Positions 39,509 to 41,938 of a stretch of DNA of 41,938 bases are shown here, one piece after another. Every line of letters begins with the position of its first letter. Position 1 is the stretch's first letter. Origin of the DNA: a virus; the IMG/VR virus record IMGVR_UViG_3300045988_101439. The stretch is one strand, 5' to 3'. Made by a program: the position numbers and the translations under genes. A model generated the notes under the pieces. It was not told the origin of the DNA. It ran no database searches and was given only the letters and a program-made list of their open reading frames with translations.

Positions 39509-40288
39509 TTGAAGGAAAGCTTTGTCGTAAGGACAGAGTGGGCGGAGCAGATCGACCTTCTCACAGATGAGCAGGCTGGCCAGCTTCTAAAAGCGTGGTT
39601 CAGGTATCACATGGATGAGTCTGTTGATGTCCATGATCCAGTGGTAATGATGGCTTTCTCCTTCAACCGGTCATATTTTGAAGAGTGTGCAAGCCGCTGG
39701 GCCGCAACGGTTCAGGCGAGGCAGGAGGCTGGGAAAAAGGGCGGAAGGCCAAAGAAAGCAAATGGTTTATCAGAGAAAGCAAAAAAACCAAATGCTTTTT
39801 TAGGTTTTGAAGAAAAAGCAAAAAAAGCTGTATCTGTATCTGAGTCTGTATCTGTATCTGAATCTGTACCCCCTGACGGGGGTAGTAAGGCGCGCAAGAA
39901 GAAGGACGGGAGCGATATCGAGCCGAAGGTCCAATGGGCAGAATTTGTGACCATGACCAATGCCGAGCACCAGAGGCTGCTTGACACTCATGGATCTGCC
40001 GACACCGCCAGGCTGATCGAGATCCTGGACAACTACAAGGGCAGTACAGGTAAGACCTACACCAGCGATTACAGGGCCATCCTGTCCTGGTGCGTGGACC
40101 GGCTTGAGGAAGAGAAGCGGAAGACTGGGGAGGAGCCGGAATACAAGTGGGTCAATGGTAAGCGGCGCAAGGTAACGGATTCGGACCGGCAGGCGGAGAC
40201 TTCGGCTGCGGAGCGGACACAGGCGAACATGGAGCGGATGCGTAGAATGCTTGAAGACATGAACCGGGAGGATGGACCATGCGGCTGA
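39509..40288 (+). CDS. Replication organiser-like protein (DnaD/DUF6291-like, tentative).
   Basis: The N-terminus reads WAEQIDLLTDEQAGQLLKAWFRY. It has a central K/A-rich low-complexity region and internal DNA repeats. It sits between ssb and rusA. Confidence 0.55.
   Translation: MKESFVVRTEWAEQIDLLTDEQAGQLLKAWFRYHMDESVDVHDPVVMMAFSFNRSYFEECASRWAATVQARQEAGKKGGRPKKANGLSEKAKKPNAFLGFEEKAKKAVSVSESVSVSESVPPDGGSKARKKKDGSDIEPKVQWAEFVTMTNAEHQRLLDTHGSADTARLIEILDNYKGSTGKTYTSDYRAILSWCVDRLEEEKRKTGEEPEYKWVNGKRRKVTDSDRQAETSAAERTQANMERMRRMLEDMNREDGPCG
39830..39868 (+). repeat. Tandem 18-nt repeat (gtatctgtatctgaRtct x2 plus a partial copy) inside the replication gene.
   Basis: Read directly from the sequence. 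It encodes VSVSESVSVSESV. It is flanked by A-rich GAAAGCAAA repeats and the 7-bp hairpin 39867-39884. Confidence 0.8.
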
Positions 40289-40653
40289 TCATCCCGTTTT
40301 CTCTGCCTGGTCTCAACGAGTACATAGAAGCGGAACGGGGCCACCGGCAGAAGGGGGCAAAACTGAAACGGGATTGCCAGACATCGGTAATCTTAGCCCT
40401 TAGACGTCAGATCAGAATGCCTTTACGGGAGCCTGTGTTCATGCGATACCTCTGGGTGGAAAAAAACCGGAGGCGGGACAAGGACAACATCTCCAGCTTT
40501 GGCCGGAAGGTTATCCAGGACGCCTTAGTGAAGATGGGTGTTCTGAGGAATGACGGCTGGGAGAATATCGAAGGATTTTCTGACAGCTTCGCTGTGGACA
40601 AGGGAAAGCCAAGGATAGAGATCGAGATCGAGGAACCAGGAGAAAAACCATAG
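40279..40653 (+). CDS. rusA: RusA-family Holliday junction resolvase.
   Basis: It contains LPGLNEY...RRDKDNISSFGRKVIQDALVKMGVLRNDGW, matching the RusA D.DN...K...DAL motif. Confidence 0.82.
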   Translation: MRLIIPFSLPGLNEYIEAERGHRQKGAKLKRDCQTSVILALRRQIRMPLREPVFMRYLWVEKNRRRDKDNISSFGRKVIQDALVKMGVLRNDGWENIEGFSDSFAVDKGKPRIEIEIEEPGEKP

Positions 40654-40664
40654 GAGGAGATATC

Positions 40665-40958
40665 GTGAAGGATGAGAAGGCCGCCCTGTTGGGCGACCAC
40701 GAGGCGGCCAGACGGCTGACGGAAGCGGGAGCGCTGCTGCCGTGCCCGATGTGCAAGGGCGATGAGATTTTAGTGCGAAGCGTAAGCGGCGCATTTGACA
40801 GCGGGAAAATAAGTACGAAAAAGTATACACAATGCCGTAGTTGTTTCTTGCAAACAACGTTTTACAACACTGAAAAAGAAACCCGCCTCGCCTGGAACAC
40901 CCGTGCGCCGATTTTGAGCGCGGAGGAAATGGAGATGCTGGAGGGGAATGATAAATAA
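40665..40958 (+). CDS. Lar-family restriction alleviation protein.
   Basis: It contains LLPCPMCKG...QCRSCFLQT...TEKETRLAWNTRAP, matching the Lar pattern PCPFCG...C..C...EA..AWN.RA. A GGAGGAG RBS is present. Confidence 0.72.
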   Translation: MKDEKAALLGDHEAARRLTEAGALLPCPMCKGDEILVRSVSGAFDSGKISTKKYTQCRSCFLQTTFYNTEKETRLAWNTRAPILSAEEMEMLEGNDK

Positions 40959-41139
40959 CAAAAAAGCGCTTGATGCCGCGCAGACCATTGTTGACTACTG
41001 CAAAGGACAAACATCCTGCCAGAACTGTATTTTTCGGATGCATGGAGCGGATCATTGGAAATGCCATATAGATGCGTTTGTTTTGCGGGATGTAATAGCA
41101 AACATTGCAGCAAAGCGGAAAAATAATGGATATTTGTGA
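40948..41139 (+). CDS. Small Cys-rich hypothetical protein.
   Basis: The ORF overlaps the end of the Lar gene. The RBS spacing is poor, so the start is uncertain. Confidence 0.4.
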   Translation: MINNKKALDAAQTIVDYCKGQTSCQNCIFRMHGADHWKCHIDAFVLRDVIANIAAKRKNNGYL

Positions 41140-41156
41140 GAGGATGGAGGCGCTGC

Positions 41157-41288
41157 ATGAGATTACTGAGTGACATAGCGTGGATTATTCTTCTGACCAT
41201 TACGCCGTGGTGGCTATTCGAGAGGTTACTATTGTCCGACTGTGAGCGGGCTGTGTGCAAGAGATTGGAGGCGCTGCAGGGTGAGTAG
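41157..41288 (+). CDS. 43-aa protein with an N-terminal TM helix.
   Basis: GGAGGCGCTGC precedes ATG 41157. It is below the ORF-track cutoff. Confidence 0.4.
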   Translation: MRLLSDIAWIILLTITPWWLFERLLLSDCERAVCKRLEALQGE

Positions 41289-41472
41289 GATTCTGGTTGC
41301 AGTTCTTGCTTTAGTTGTTGGATATGCAATAAGTTGGGCTATTATAGTCGGAATTATCAAGCTGATTACAATGTGCTTTTCTATCGGGTTTTCTTTGCCA
41401 ATTGCTACTGGCATATGGCTGATCTTGTGCCTGTTGAAATTGGTTTTTCATAAGCCGGAAGGGAGGCGCTGA
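41281..41472 (+). CDS. 63-aa two-TM membrane protein.
   Basis: GTG 41281 lies 9 nt after GGAGG (41267-41271). The sequence is hydrophobic throughout. Confidence 0.5.
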   Translation: MSRILVAVLALVVGYAISWAIIVGIIKLITMCFSIGFSLPIATGIWLILCLLKLVFHKPEGRR

Positions 41473-41475
41473 AAG

Positions 41476-41718
41476 ATGCGGATTGAGCGCAAACGGTATG
41501 TAGTTATGCGACGGAACCGAACTGAGGTTTGGTGTGGGCTTTCCAAACATTTCAGTTTCCGCCCGATCACTGAAGTGAAAGATGTTTCTGTCAAGACATA
41601 TCGCTCCGAAGCGCAAGCCAGAAGCGGATGTTCTTCGTGGGACAGAGACTTTGAAGTTGTTCCGGTAATCGAGATGATTGCGACAGAGGAGGCGCTGAAA
41701 TATGGAAAGGGCGATTGA
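41476..41718 (+). CDS. Hypothetical protein (80 aa).
   Basis: ATG 41476 lies 9 nt after GGAGG (41462-41466). Confidence 0.55.
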   Translation: MRIERKRYVVMRRNRTEVWCGLSKHFSFRPITEVKDVSVKTYRSEAQARSGCSSWDRDFEVVPVIEMIATEEALKYGKGD

Positions 41719-41938
41719 TGCCAGTGAGCTGATGGCTGAAATCCAAGTGTGTAGCTGGGACAGCGAACAGGACAGGGAGCGGGCAGAGGATCTTGTTTTG
41801 GGTATGCCCACCCTCACCCCGCCGAACGAGTGGGTGAGCGTGGAGGAGCGGAGGCCACAAGCTGGACATGATGTAATCTCATTATTGCCCTGCGGGGATT
41901 GTGCGGTTGTTTGGTGGACAGGAAGTGTCTGGCGCGTG
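41702..41938 (+). CDS. DUF551-like protein, 5' part. It runs off the window end and continues at 56-154.
   Basis: ATG 41702 lies 9 nt after GGAGG (41688-41692). The protein contains NEWVSVEERRPQAGHDVISLL...VWWTG... and ends THWMPLPALP after the junction, which is the DUF551 hallmark. Confidence 0.7.
   Translation, partial: MERAIDASELMAEIQVCSWDSEQDRERAEDLVLGMPTLTPPNEWVSVEERRPQAGHDVISLLPCGDCAVVWWTGSVWRV
41884..41938. repeat. Second copy of the 55-bp terminal repeat.
   Basis: It is identical to 1-55. Confidence 0.95.

Noticed and set aside
39830-39868. A possible CRISPR-like or minisatellite array.
   Set aside because: There are only two and a bit copies of an 18-nt unit with no spacers, and they are in frame within a coding region. 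This is a tandem coding repeat or iteron, not a CRISPR array. No CRISPR array exists elsewhere in the window.

Overview
This window is a complete, self-closing temperate phage or prophage genome of the siphovirus type (long non-contractile tail). Positions 1-55 are identical to 41884-41938, so the unit length is 41,883 bp. The host is probably a Clostridia-class Firmicute; that is an inference from the Spo0A-C, XhlA-like and SLH-like endolysin content.

Gene order:
- About 15 small early or unknown ORFs on the + strand, many of them Cys-rich, plus a YopX protein and an XRE HTH protein.
- A 0.64-kb ORF-free, GC-rich, hairpin-dense region (4345-4983).
- Packaging and head genes: HNH, TerS, TerL, portal, ClpP-type protease, and an HK97-type capsid protein with a probable -1 frameshift Ig-like extension.
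- Neck proteins, tail tube, the G/GT chaperone with its frameshift, a 1387-aa tape measure protein, and distal tail and fibre genes.
- Lysis genes: XhlA-like protein, holin and amidase endolysin. A small convergent-promoter cassette is inserted between holin and endolysin.
- An accessory arm: a TnpA-less TnpB IS200/IS605 element, two tiny hydrophobic peptides with an XRE protein, an RHH protein, and a receiver-less Spo0A C-terminal-domain protein.
- attP (a tRNA 3' end flanked by arm-type repeats) and a tyrosine integrase.
- A minus-strand lysogeny operon (CI-like S24 repressor, KilA-N protein, PH-domain protein) facing a Cro-like gene.
- A mosaic moron cassette bounded by duplicated junction sequences.
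- Hfq, followed by the recombination and replication genes ERF, NinB-like, HNH-like, wHTH, SSB, replication organiser, RusA and Lar.
- Small ORFs, ending with a DUF551-like ORF that spans the circular junction.

I found no rRNA, no complete tRNA, no CRISPR array and no reverse transcriptase. All homology calls come from motif recognition by eye, not from database searches.
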